Positions 9,399 to 18,911 of a stretch of 54,307 nt of DNA are shown piece after piece; position 1 is the first letter of the stretch; every line of letters starts with the position of its first letter. Under the pieces are notes generated by a model. The model searched no databases, had not been told where the DNA came from, and was given only the letters and a program-made list of their open reading frames with translations. Made by a program: the position numbers and the translations under genes. The stretch spans positions 4,137,872-4,192,178 of the forward strand of contig CP070751.1 in the NCBI GenBank assembly GCA_020348445.1. The letters run 5' to 3'. This DNA is from Thermoplasmata archaeon. Its GTDB lineage: Archaea > Thermoplasmatota > Thermoplasmata > GCA-020350865.

Positions 9399-9920
9399 TT
9401 ATGAGGCTGATTTCTTATTTAATATTCTCTCAGTCAATACCTGAGAAATTACTCTAAAAAGTTCCTTTACTGAATCTAGATCTTCACTTTGAATATAAAA
9501 CCAAGGTGAATTGTAGGTGCGGGCCTCCTCCTGAAACCGATTTAATGCTTCCGGTGTTCCTAAATTGATATTGTTGGCCACAAAGAAAAGTGGAATATCT
9601 CCAGCCACTCTGAGTATGCTATTTGCCCAAACAGGTGCTCGCTCAACTGTTTTCGGCTTTGTGAGGTCACAGACAATAATAGCTGCTGCCGAGTGTCCTA
9701 GGTGGGTGGTATCCTTTGGTCTTCCTCTTGTGATTGCCCAGGTAATAAGCATCATCTCACAGGACATATCAGAAAATCTCTCGGAAATTTTCCCTATAGA
9801 GGCTCCGATCTCCCGAACCGGTATACAGGCATCTGCAGCTCGTGCAATAAAGGACTTCCCTGAGCCCGGCTCCCCTGCGATTATTATCTTCAATTTAAAG
9901 TTCTTCACGAAGCTACCCAA
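9399..9920 (-). CDS. Ras/Rab-like small GTPase fold with degenerate G3/G4
   Basis: KIIIAGEPGSGKS P-loop; WAITRG at G3; AAAIIVCDLT; PLFFVANNIN at G4. Confidence 0.7.
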   Translation of the reverse strand: MGSFVKNFKLKIIIAGEPGSGKSFIARAADACIPVREIGASIGKISERFSDMSCEMMLITWAITRGRPKDTTHLGHSAAAIIVCDLTKPKTVERAPVWANSILRVAGDIPLFFVANNINLGTPEALNRFQEEARTYNSPWFYIQSEDLDSVKELFRVISQVLTERILNKKSAS

Positions 9921-10032
9921 GAAAATATTTTACACTATCCTTTAAATATTTTCCCATATAAGCAACTTTTTTGATAATTGTAAAAATCAGTCTTATGTTA
10001 GAGGGAAAAGGAGCTTTGCTACCTTTATTTTT

Positions 10033-10428
10033 TCATCCCTTTAAAGAGTCAGATGTTGGAAATAATTCACCTTTCCCACAATTCGGACATACCTTTGCCA
10101 GATCGTTGGTCTGGAAAAGACAGTGGGGGCAAAAAAAATCGTATTTTTTGGGAAGATTGTTTATTTCTATCTTGGTTTTATTTCGAATCTCTATTCGTTC
10201 CTTTTTGATTCTTTTTATCCTCATCCTGTGATAGAGATAAAACACTATGATGAGAACGATTGGATAAATGAAATAATTTACAGGTAAAAGGGATTCAAAT
10301 CCACTGGCATTTATCAAAAGCACGATCAAATATGCGATTAAAGATCCTAAGGCAAAGACAAAGAGAATGTGAATTATATGGCCAAAAGCCTTCTTTTTCT
10401 GATTTTTATCCTTCTTATTCATACCCAT
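10033..10428 (-). CDS. Two-TM membrane protein with C-terminal Zn ribbon
   Basis: Two hydrophobic helices; FCPHC...VCPNCG. Confidence 0.65.
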   Translation of the reverse strand: MGMNKKDKNQKKKAFGHIIHILFVFALGSLIAYLIVLLINASGFESLLPVNYFIYPIVLIIVFYLYHRMRIKRIKKERIEIRNKTKIEINNLPKKYDFFCPHCLFQTNDLAKVCPNCGKGELFPTSDSLKG

Positions 10429-10488
10429 GCTACCTCTTACTCCCTCATCAATCCTAACTTGCTACCCTCATCTTTCAAGGCTTCGTCG

Positions 10489-11064
10489 TTACTTTATCCA
10501 TTCCTCTTTCAGCAGAGAATAAACTATATCGTCGTGGTACTCCCCATTGTAAAAGTACTTCTTACGCAATACACCCTCTTTTTTAAATCCAACTCTTTCG
10601 GCTAATCTTATGGAGCGGGTATTCTTTGAATTTGTGGATGCTTCTATCCTATTTAGCCCCATATGTTCGAATCCGTATTGTATCAGGGATTTCAGGGCTT
10701 CGGTCATAAGTCCCTGGCCCCAGTATTCCCTCATCAGGTCACCGCCCACTTCCAGGCATGAGTCTTTTTTACTGAATCTGTGAAAGCCAAGAGTTCCAAT
10801 CAACTCATTCGTATCCTTCAGAACCATACCCAAGCGAAATCGCGTCGTTGTGGGCACTATGTATTTTTTATAAAAATCCCTTGCTTCTTCCAGAGATGTT
10901 AAATTATCAAATGAAGAGTATTCATTTATTTCATCCTTACTAAAATGTTGATACAGAAATCCAATATCATCTTCCACAAGACCTCTTAATATCAATCGCT
11001 GGGTTTCGATATAAGGAACCTCTATGATATCATTTACTTCATCCATTTTTTTCATAACCTCCAA
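10489..11064 (-). CDS. GNAT N-acetyltransferase, RimJ/RimL family
   Basis: IETQRLILR, YWGQGLMTEA, LNRIEA, N..S..LAERVGFKKEG.LR. Confidence 0.9.
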   Translation of the reverse strand: MEVMKKMDEVNDIIEVPYIETQRLILRGLVEDDIGFLYQHFSKDEINEYSSFDNLTSLEEARDFYKKYIVPTTTRFRLGMVLKDTNELIGTLGFHRFSKKDSCLEVGGDLMREYWGQGLMTEALKSLIQYGFEHMGLNRIEASTNSKNTRSIRLAERVGFKKEGVLRKKYFYNGEYHDDIVYSLLKEEWIK

Positions 11065-11166
11065 AAAGTCCCGGCTTCGTGTCGGATATTAATCACTGTT
11101 TCCGCTTATATGAGTTTTGCTATAATTTGGTTGAGTCCCGGCCAATCATCCTATCTAAAACGTAAA

Positions 11167-11943
11167 TCATTTCAATTCCTTGTTCATTATGTTCTGAAAT
11201 CTATTTTTGCTAATTGGATGATGGGCAACTATTTTTCCATTATATATGATACAGAAGGTGCCAAAAGCGCATGGACTGTTTTGGGCCTCCTTGTAATTTT
11301 TAAGATCAATTATATTTGGTTTTACCCCATACGTCTTTTTAGCTGTATCACAAATTTCTTTTACATTCTTTACAGTATAAGGGCATTGATCAGCCCTGAT
11401 TATGGTCAGTCCCTTTGCATATTTCTCCAGCCTTTTTTCCATTCCACCTTTGAATTTCGGATCTGGTGCCTTTTTTACGAACTTTTTGGCCACCAACTCG
11501 AAATCTGGTGGTGCAGAATCCACCACTTTAAATCCATTTTTTAAAAAAAATTCTTTTCCAACCATGAAAGAGCCTTTGCGTGTGACTGCAGCCACGCCAT
11601 GCATTTTATCCTTTTTCGCATCCTTTATACATTCATCTAGCATGAGAGTTCCATAGCCTTTTCCTTTATAAGCCCCTTTAAAACCAACAAATATGCAGTG
11701 AATGAACATGTATCCATTAGCCTCAACTGGTCTCCAGCAGTATTTACCAGGCAAATACTCTATCATGCCCTGTGTTCCGTCCTTCTCCGAGTACAAAGTT
11801 TTGATTCTCATACCCTCTTTAAAACGGTCTTTTAGCCAGCTGATTTTTTCTGGGTATCCTTCTCTTTTAATACTTTTATATCCACAAATTCCGTAGTTTA
11901 AAATATTGCTGGAGTCGGTGTTTATTATCTCTATTTCTGCCAT
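11167..11943 (-). CDS. GNAT acetyltransferase with YoaP-type C-terminal domain
   Basis: GMIEYLPG..CWRP, IHCIFV, KGKGYG, QCPY, SPCAFGTFCIIYNG. Confidence 0.85.
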   Translation of the reverse strand: MAEIEIINTDSSNILNYGICGYKSIKREGYPEKISWLKDRFKEGMRIKTLYSEKDGTQGMIEYLPGKYCWRPVEANGYMFIHCIFVGFKGAYKGKGYGTLMLDECIKDAKKDKMHGVAAVTRKGSFMVGKEFFLKNGFKVVDSAPPDFELVAKKFVKKAPDPKFKGGMEKRLEKYAKGLTIIRADQCPYTVKNVKEICDTAKKTYGVKPNIIDLKNYKEAQNSPCAFGTFCIIYNGKIVAHHPISKNRFQNIMNKELK

Positions 11944-12085
11944 TATATTCTACCCCCTTTTTATTGAATTTATAGATCAAAACCCGATATACACTTTTTT
12001 TTATTTCATTGTTCGTATTGAAAGCACTCTTTTTTTCATTACCTCTAGAAAGCCACTGCCCCATCTCTCTTTTTATGGATTTTTC

Positions 12086-12787
12086 TTAGTCGAACATATA
12101 TTTCCAGATAATAGCCGCTAAAATACCCCCGATAATCGGAGCTAGCCAGAAGAGCCAAAGCTGTATTATTGCCTCTCCGCCCACCAAGAGAGCGGGTCCC
12201 AGACTCCTTGCAGGATTAACTGATGTACCAGTAATTGGAATTCCTATCAGATGGATAAGCACAAGGGAGAAACCGATAGAGAGTCCTGCAAATCCCTCTG
12301 GTGCCTTGCTGCTGGTAGAGCCGAATATCACCATCAGAAACAACGCAGTCAACACAACCTCGGCCACAAAGCAGGCCAAAAGAGAATATCCCGCCGGGGA
12401 TTGCCCCCCATAACCGTTTTGACCCAGTCCATCTGCTTCAAGAGAGTAATCTGCCTGTCCTGTGGCTATTAGAAGTAAAATACCAGCAGCTAGTATAGCT
12501 CCTGCGCATTGAAAAATTATATAAAATAAGGTATCCTTGGTTTTAATCTTGCCCGAGAAAAACATTGCTATTGTTATTGCCGGATTTATATGGCACCCCG
12601 AGATATGTCCAATTGCATATACCATGGCAAGTACAGTCAAGCCAAATGCAAAGGATATACCAAGGAATCCTATATATTCACCAGCTATAACAGCACTACC
12701 ACAACCCACAAAAACCAGTGCAAATGTCCCAATTCCTTCGGCTATATATTTCCTCAAACTTGCCTTTCCCATACGCATCTTCTTCAC
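12086..12787 (-). CDS. aqpZ: Aquaporin Z (MIP family)
   Basis: SGCHINPA and GTSVNPARS NPA boxes, six TM helices, NGYG..SP.GY loop. Confidence 0.9.
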   Translation of the reverse strand: MKKMRMGKASLRKYIAEGIGTFALVFVGCGSAVIAGEYIGFLGISFAFGLTVLAMVYAIGHISGCHINPAITIAMFFSGKIKTKDTLFYIIFQCAGAILAAGILLLIATGQADYSLEADGLGQNGYGGQSPAGYSLLACFVAEVVLTALFLMVIFGSTSSKAPEGFAGLSIGFSLVLIHLIGIPITGTSVNPARSLGPALLVGGEAIIQLWLFWLAPIIGGILAAIIWKYMFD

Positions 12788-12879
12788 CTCCTGAGCACTA
12801 AGAAGATAAGACTGAAGCGTAGATTGTATTATCCTATTATAATAATTGTGCTCTTTTGCCTCTTAGTTATCGAAACTTT

Positions 12880-15663
12880 CTAAAGAGGAGGTGGTTCAGG
12901 CTGTGGTGGCGAAGGCGGATTTGGCGGTGGTGTCTGTGGTTGTTGCCCATTTTGCTGCTTTTCATCATCCTTCTTTTTCTTTTTTAAAATAAGAAACAAT
13001 ATCAGGATAACAACTGCGAAAACAACGATGATCACCAATATCCACAAATAATCGAAAGGATCCTCATCTTCTGGTGAAGGCGGCAGAGGGCCATCTTCTG
13101 AGGTATTGACTGTAAAAGACCAGGTCACATTGGCTTTATTCTGATTGCTGGAATTGTCCCTAACCTCGAGGTAGATTGTGTAAGTCTTGTCCTCATAGGG
13201 TGTCGCAGGGCTGTACATCACACCGTTCTGGGTTACCACAGCCAAATTCGTTACATCTTGCCCATTGACCCTCAGAGTCACACTGGTTGTATTAATGCCT
13301 GTATCATCGCTGAAATTCGCACTTATCGTGGAAGTATTGTCACTTGTTGTCGAATCATCTTCAGGCAGTAAATTCGATATTGTGGGCGGAGTTGTGTCTG
13401 TTTCAGATGGTGGAATATCTATGAATACAGTGAAAGTCCAAAAGGCTGTTGCCTGATTCCCGAAGGTATCATTCACCCTAAGATAGACATCGTGGTTTTG
13501 ATCTGATAATGCCGTTGAAGGAGTATAAGTCACACCTGTGGAGGTTACAGTGGCATCTGAGGTTACATCCTCCCCATCCACCTCTAGAATAACAGTGTTC
13601 ACATTTATACCAGAGGTATCAGTGTAATTTGCGCCTATTACTGGTGTATCCTCGTCTATTGTGGATAAATCAGGGGGCATCAGATCCGTGATAGTAGGAG
13701 GCGTTATGTCAAGTGGTGGAGGAATGCTTCCGCCGGGGCTTGTTAGAGGATAGTAATCTATGCTGTCGAAATCGATGTCATATTGATAATCGCATATACC
13801 ATCTGGAACGCCAATTGTCTGGGGCGTAATAGGTCCGCTGAAATTGTCTGGGCAAAAAGGGCTCCAGTTGGACCAGTAATTGCCACCGGAAGGATATGTA
13901 TCGTTCCAGAAATTGCTGCCTGAATCGTCCTCTGCTTGATTGGTGTTGTTGATAATATAATTATGATAGATCTTATTTGAACCTGATGAACTTGTACAAT
14001 ATAGACCATAAAGAGTATTTGTTGATATGTTGTTACTTAAGATCCTGTTACCGCCACTTGTGATGTAGAAGCCGATTTGGTTATCTGAGATGTTATTTTC
14101 TACGAAAATATTGTTGTTCGCACTGGCAACAAGGTTCATTCCCTTTTCATTGCTGGATACCCTATTGCTTGATATTGTATTATCTGATGCCCCCCATGCC
14201 GTTATCCCGTTCTCGGTAGACTCAGCCACTGTATTATTGTCTACAATATTATTACTGGAGCCACCAGTGAGAATGATACCGTGCAGATTGCTAGATCGGA
14301 CGTGATTCCCGATTACGAAATTGTTCGATACCTCATAAAGATATATAGCCTGATTATTACCTGTGAAGTTATTGTTCGCGACCGTGACGTTGGTAGTCTG
14401 TGCGTGGATTCGAATGCCATGCACATTTCCATCAAAAACGGTGTTGTTGGTCACAGTTATATTAGCCGTGCTCGCCAAATCAATGTTCTCATAGAATCCC
14501 GAAACATTGTTTTTAATGATTTGGCAATTTTCCGAATATTCTCCCAAATTTATGCCCTCGAATCCACCTGAGAGGTTGTTTTGCGATATAATGTTGCCAG
14601 TCGAGGGAAAGGATGACGAAATGGAGCCAACATAGATGCCGTGATCGTTTGCTGTAACATTATTGTAAGTCAAGCTGTTGCCCATTGACTCAAACACATA
14701 TATGCCGTAGCCATCATTTGAATCCACATCATTACCCTTAATCGATATGCCGCTTGACCTCCTAATCTCTATCCCGTGATCAGAATTACCAGATATATTG
14801 TTGGACAATATCATACTATTTGGAGATTCGCGCACCAAGATGCCCTCGATAGAGTTATCGAGAATGTTATTTCCAATTATTTTGCTATCATTGGAAAACT
14901 CGGCATAGATCCCCTGTTCCAAATTGCCTGTGATATTGTTATTTGATATGGTGTTGTTTGGGGCAGAACTAAGAGATATTCCTTCCCAGCTATTAGAAGA
15001 TATGTTGTTTTTAGATAAGGTGTTGTAATCAGAGGACGAGCCCACCAGGATACCATAACCAGTGTTGGAGGATATCTCGTTGTTCGTGATGTTGTTATTG
15101 AATGCTGCTCCAATATTGATACCTTTGTCATTATCTGAGATATTGCTATTTGTCACGGTATTGTTTTGCCCCCAAAGAATAATAAGACCCCAACCTGAAC
15201 TTGCGGATATGTTGGTGTTGGAAATAATGTTGTTGGAGGATTCCAAGCGAAGACCATCTGTCGCATAGGATATATCAGTATAACTGATGTCTATGTTTCC
15301 TGTTGACGTTACCAAGATCCTGCTCCAATCCCCAGCAGCAGGAGTGGAGCTGTTAGAGGTAATGGTTATCCTGTCAGCCATTGTACCCATCACTTTCAGG
15401 TTGCCGTTAACCTCGATCCGAAAGCTCCCGTTTACCCTCACCTCTACACCAGCTTCGATTGTAAGGGTCTCTCCCGCAGGCACATATACTGTCCCGACGA
15501 CATAATATGGACTTTTAGCTGGGACCCAAGGTCCCCCTGAGCCGTCATACACCGTACCGCTTACCGTTGTCCCACCTGCGTTCTCGTCCGTCAGATCTGT
15601 GATCCATATAAGGCTTGAAAGCACGATTAGGAATCCAACTCCTAGTTGTGATGCTTTCTGCAT
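12880..15663 (-). CDS. Cell-surface protein: right-handed beta-helix (NosD/CASH) repeats, two Ig-like modules, C-terminal TM and Pro-rich tail
   Basis: Signal peptide; many N..I..N.I..N...GI.L repeats; N.WN..YPSGGNYW; duplicated D.TPPTI..L.P.D.ST module; TM then KKKKKDD. Confidence 0.85.
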   Translation of the reverse strand: MQKASQLGVGFLIVLSSLIWITDLTDENAGGTTVSGTVYDGSGGPWVPAKSPYYVVGTVYVPAGETLTIEAGVEVRVNGSFRIEVNGNLKVMGTMADRITITSNSSTPAAGDWSRILVTSTGNIDISYTDISYATDGLRLESSNNIISNTNISASSGWGLIILWGQNNTVTNSNISDNDKGINIGAAFNNNITNNEISSNTGYGILVGSSSDYNTLSKNNISSNSWEGISLSSAPNNTISNNNITGNLEQGIYAEFSNDSKIIGNNILDNSIEGILVRESPNSMILSNNISGNSDHGIEIRRSSGISIKGNDVDSNDGYGIYVFESMGNSLTYNNVTANDHGIYVGSISSSFPSTGNIISQNNLSGGFEGINLGEYSENCQIIKNNVSGFYENIDLASTANITVTNNTVFDGNVHGIRIHAQTTNVTVANNNFTGNNQAIYLYEVSNNFVIGNHVRSSNLHGIILTGGSSNNIVDNNTVAESTENGITAWGASDNTISSNRVSSNEKGMNLVASANNNIFVENNISDNQIGFYITSGGNRILSNNISTNTLYGLYCTSSSGSNKIYHNYIINNTNQAEDDSGSNFWNDTYPSGGNYWSNWSPFCPDNFSGPITPQTIGVPDGICDYQYDIDFDSIDYYPLTSPGGSIPPPLDITPPTITDLMPPDLSTIDEDTPVIGANYTDTSGINVNTVILEVDGEDVTSDATVTSTGVTYTPSTALSDQNHDVYLRVNDTFGNQATAFWTFTVFIDIPPSETDTTPPTISNLLPEDDSTTSDNTSTISANFSDDTGINTTSVTLRVNGQDVTNLAVVTQNGVMYSPATPYEDKTYTIYLEVRDNSSNQNKANVTWSFTVNTSEDGPLPPSPEDEDPFDYLWILVIIVVFAVVILILFLILKKKKKDDEKQQNGQQPQTPPPNPPSPPQPEPPPL

Positions 15664-15871
15664 GTTAATATCCTCATTTCTATAAATGATCTAATGATTC
15701 CCAAATTGCATATTGGGTGCTACAAAAGCAAGACAAATTAACACCCTTATTTTATTTTCGTTCTAATTATTAAACTGGGTTATCAGGCCAAAGATATGTA
15801 CCCTAAAAAATTATCTGGCCTCTTTAACTGTAAGAGATTATAAAGAAAATTAAAAAAAAGTGAAGATGTCT

Positions 15872-16252
15872 TCAGGGATCATCTTCTTCATCATCGTCAT
15901 CATCGTGTTCGTCATCGTCGTCCTCTTCATCATCGTCATCATCATGTTCGTCGTCGTCATCATCATGATCGTCATCATCATCGTCGTCATCTTCGTAATC
16001 ATCGTCTTCCTCTATCTCCAGGATCGTTCCATCCTTGGCGTCGATTTCGACCTCATATCTCCCTGTCTCGTTTATTATAATCACTTCGTACACCAGTGAA
16101 AAACCTTCCTTTTCCAGTTCAACAGAAATAGCCTTACCGTTTGTGGCCTTCTCGGCAATGGCCTTTGCTTCCTCGGCTGTTATCTCTGGATCACCTGCAA
16201 AGACACCACTTGTATATGCAAAAATACTTATCGCTGCTATATATTAAAGCAA
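15872..16252 (-). pseudogene. PepSY-domain exported protein with poly-Asp/His tail; in-frame TAA at codon 3
   Basis: GGAGG RBS, TTG 16252, CTT, TAA (16244-16246), then open frame YIAAISIFAYTSGVFAGDPEITAEEAKAIAEKATNGKAISVELEKEG...YEVEIDAKDGTILEIEE into the Asp tail. Confidence 0.55.
15875..16010 (-). repeat. Low-complexity GAT/GAC codon repeat encoding an Asp-rich tail with interspersed His
   Basis: DDDYEDDDDDDDDHDDDDDEHDDDDDEEDDDDEHDDDDDEEDDP. Confidence 0.9.
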
Positions 16253-16270
16253 GAATCGCCCTCCTTTTTT

Positions 16271-16783
16271 CTACTCGACTTCCATGAACTCCTTGGGGTA
16301 TTGAACACATCCAGCCTTTCCTTCTAAAGAGCCTTCAACAAGCTCGATTACCATAAATACTTCATCCGGTACCTCAAATGGGTACTTGATACTCCACAAA
16401 GATGCCTTTTTGAATCCAAATCTGGGGTAATAATCTTCGTGGCCCACGACGATGACTGATTTAAAGCCGAGTTTCTTGGCAATTTCAAGGCCAGTAGTAA
16501 CAAGTTTACCTCCAATTCCCTGTTTTTGAAGCTTGGGAACAACTGACATGGGAGCAAGTGCAAGTGATTCATATTCGGCTTCACCAATTATCTTTATTTT
16601 GGAAAAGAGAATATGTCCCACTATCTCGTTGTCTTGTTCAGCTACCAGTGAAAGCTCGGGAACAAAACCCTCACTGGCTCTGATTCTTTCGATGAGTTTG
16701 CTTTCGTCTTCCTGATTAAATGCCTCTTTGTTTATTTCATAGACTTTTTTGTAATCATCTTTTTGCTCTTGCCTGATTTTCAT
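16271..16783 (-). CDS. GNAT N-acetyltransferase (YhbS-like)
   Basis: LSLVAE....VGHILFS, LAPMSV.PKLQKQGIG..L, VVGHEDYYPRFGF. Confidence 0.9.
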   Translation of the reverse strand: MKIRQEQKDDYKKVYEINKEAFNQEDESKLIERIRASEGFVPELSLVAEQDNEIVGHILFSKIKIIGEAEYESLALAPMSVVPKLQKQGIGGKLVTTGLEIAKKLGFKSVIVVGHEDYYPRFGFKKASLWSIKYPFEVPDEVFMVIELVEGSLEGKAGCVQYPKEFMEVE

Positions 16784-16847
16784 ATTATTTCCCCTGAAAT
16801 TGCATGCAACCTATTCTTAAAACCCAATTGCTCATAATTATTGACGG

Positions 16848-17027
16848 TTATTTTTTCTTTTCTTTCTTATCGCTTTTAAAATGAGAGCCTCTTTGATAGG
16901 TCCTGTGATAGGCAGATTCAGTAAGTGTGCCTATTGGTGGACCTTTGTATGTTTCCTCCCCGCATTTAGGACATTTATCAAGATTGGGATCAAAGCTTGT
17001 TTGACAATATCTACATCTTTGTTTCAT
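16848..17027 (-). CDS. 59-aa Zn-ribbon protein (below the ORF-track cutoff)
   Basis: Manual translation MKQRCRYCQTSFDPNLDKCPKCGEETYKGPPIG...KKEKKK*; GGAG RBS upstream. Confidence 0.65.
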   Translation of the reverse strand: MKQRCRYCQTSFDPNLDKCPKCGEETYKGPPIGTLTESAYHRTYQRGSHFKSDKKEKKK

Positions 17028-17207
17028 GTAAATATTCTCCTAGATTAGGGTTGTGTTATTGATTTACCTCCTCACATATAATTACTCTCTTATCGTTTTT
17101 TTGATTTGGGGTTTCACCCTTTTGGCTCACCACTTGGCCTAGCGTAGAGGGTACACCCATACATTCTCGGAGATAGCTGGGCATCCAAAAGAGTTGCGCT
17201 AAATATT

Positions 17208-17870
17208 TCAAGGAATTATTGTTCCATTATCAGAATTTATCCTCACTTCACCTTCGTATTCTGCATCAGGACTTTCGTACCTTATACTCCATTCGTTTTG
17301 ATAGTAATCCATCCACTCATTTTTATACGAGTAATAATCATACGATATACAAAGATCACTTGCATTTTTTAGTGCTTCGCTATAATTTTGATCTGCTTTA
17401 GCAATTTCAGCAGCTTCATCGCTATCTATTGCAGGTTCCATCCATTGGTGTTCATCACCAACATAATATGTATCTCTCGATTTAACTGAACCATCATAAT
17501 AAAATGCAAAAGCATGTGCTAAATCAGATTCGTTAGTATAAGGATTAATATCTACTCCAAAACCGTATAACCAAACAGGTGTTTTTCCATCTCCGTAAGT
17601 TGTATCTGAAGACAAATCATAATGCCATCCCTCCATTCCCATAATTACCTCGGCTGATCCCTTTAATTCTACCGAGCTGACTCTTATTGGATAGGCTTCT
17701 GAATTCCACTCCAGAGCAAGTGCTAAAGCATCTTCAAAATGATCAAGGGCTGTAAGCATTTTTTTCTCATCTTCCTCCTTAGGAAGAAAATATTGATATG
17801 CAACTATGGCAAATATTATAATAATAATTACTATAATAGAAAAAAATATTCGCTTGTTTTTCCTCTCCAT
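17208..17870 (-). CDS. Membrane-anchored exported protein with C-terminal PepSY-like region
   Basis: N-terminal TM; IDSDEAAEIAK...WSIRY...EVRINSDNGTI. Confidence 0.65.
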   Translation of the reverse strand: MERKNKRIFFSIIVIIIIIFAIVAYQYFLPKEEDEKKMLTALDHFEDALALALEWNSEAYPIRVSSVELKGSAEVIMGMEGWHYDLSSDTTYGDGKTPVWLYGFGVDINPYTNESDLAHAFAFYYDGSVKSRDTYYVGDEHQWMEPAIDSDEAAEIAKADQNYSEALKNASDLCISYDYYSYKNEWMDYYQNEWSIRYESPDAEYEGEVRINSDNGTIIP

Positions 17871-18097
17871 TCTTAATTCCTCCTTAAAACCGCCCTTTTG
17901 AACCCTTCGGGGCTATAAGCCCCATCCATAAAACAATTATCTTCAATAGTGATAAAGGTTTTGCCACTCAGTCAGCGTGCCGATTGCCCCACTCTCCATC
18001 TTTACCATCCCAGAATAGGACTGACACTAGGAAGGTGGGTGAATATTCCTAAATAAAATCGGCAACCTTTTCTACAAAGAAGCATTTTCAGATTCCA

Positions 18098-18907
18098 ATG
18101 GGTAATCAAGAAAACAGATGGGCACTTTCTAATTGGCAGGAAGTAACAAATTGGTGCAAAGAAAGGAACAGCCAGTCAATCATATGCACAATCGACATTC
18201 TGGGCGAGAACATAAGAACAGAGGAGGATGCAAAACAGGTTCTGAATAAGCACATTGATTGTATTAGAAGAATCCAAAAGGAGAACTTGAAGGCATCCCT
18301 TGCCGTGAAGTTAAGTGCCCTTGGCGCGAACTTCGACCAAGAGCAATGCAAGGAATATCTTTTTATAGTTCTAAAAGAGGCTCAAGAGAATCAGGTGCCA
18401 ATAGAAATAGACATAGAAGGAACTCCAATGGTTAAGTTCACATTAAAGACTGCTTTTTTGGCAAAAGAAAAAGGATACCCTGTAATTTTGGCACTCCAGT
18501 CATATCTCGACCGCACAAAAAACGACCTGAAAAAAGTCCTAGATCATGGAATCACAGTGCGTCTTGTCAAGGGAGCCTATAAGGGTAACATAAATGACTT
18601 CTTCCTTATTCAAAAGAGATTCAGGGGATTGTTTACGCAGCTACTAGAAAACGAATCTCACTTTTTAGTTGGGACACACGATCGTGAATTGATTGCCTGG
18701 ATGAAGGAAAAAGCAGGCAACAATAAAGAAATTATAGAGTTCGGATTTCTAAAAGGTCTTGCAGACAAAACAAAAATTATCTTAGCAGAGCAAGGTTGGG
18801 GAGTATCAGAATACGTCCCTTTTGGTTCAGAAAGAAAAGCATACGAGACAAGGAGAAGAAGGTATCTTTCAGAACTGCAAAGATTGAGGAGAATCCCGGC
18901 ACCCTAA
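18098..18907 (+). CDS. Proline dehydrogenase family flavoprotein (monofunctional)
   Basis: VKLSALG, IDIE, LQSYL.RT, VRLVKGAY, GTHD, EF..L.G, EYVPFG, Y..RR. Confidence 0.85.
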   Translation: MGNQENRWALSNWQEVTNWCKERNSQSIICTIDILGENIRTEEDAKQVLNKHIDCIRRIQKENLKASLAVKLSALGANFDQEQCKEYLFIVLKEAQENQVPIEIDIEGTPMVKFTLKTAFLAKEKGYPVILALQSYLDRTKNDLKKVLDHGITVRLVKGAYKGNINDFFLIQKRFRGLFTQLLENESHFLVGTHDRELIAWMKEKAGNNKEIIEFGFLKGLADKTKIILAEQGWGVSEYVPFGSERKAYETRRRRYLSELQRLRRIPAP

Positions 18908-18911
18908 AAAC

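Noticed and set aside
17108-17160. Two short related palindromes (GGGTTTCACCC, GGGTACACCC) as IS ends or ncRNA
   Set aside because: Too short, no transposase or target duplication, and no recognisable RNA family motif
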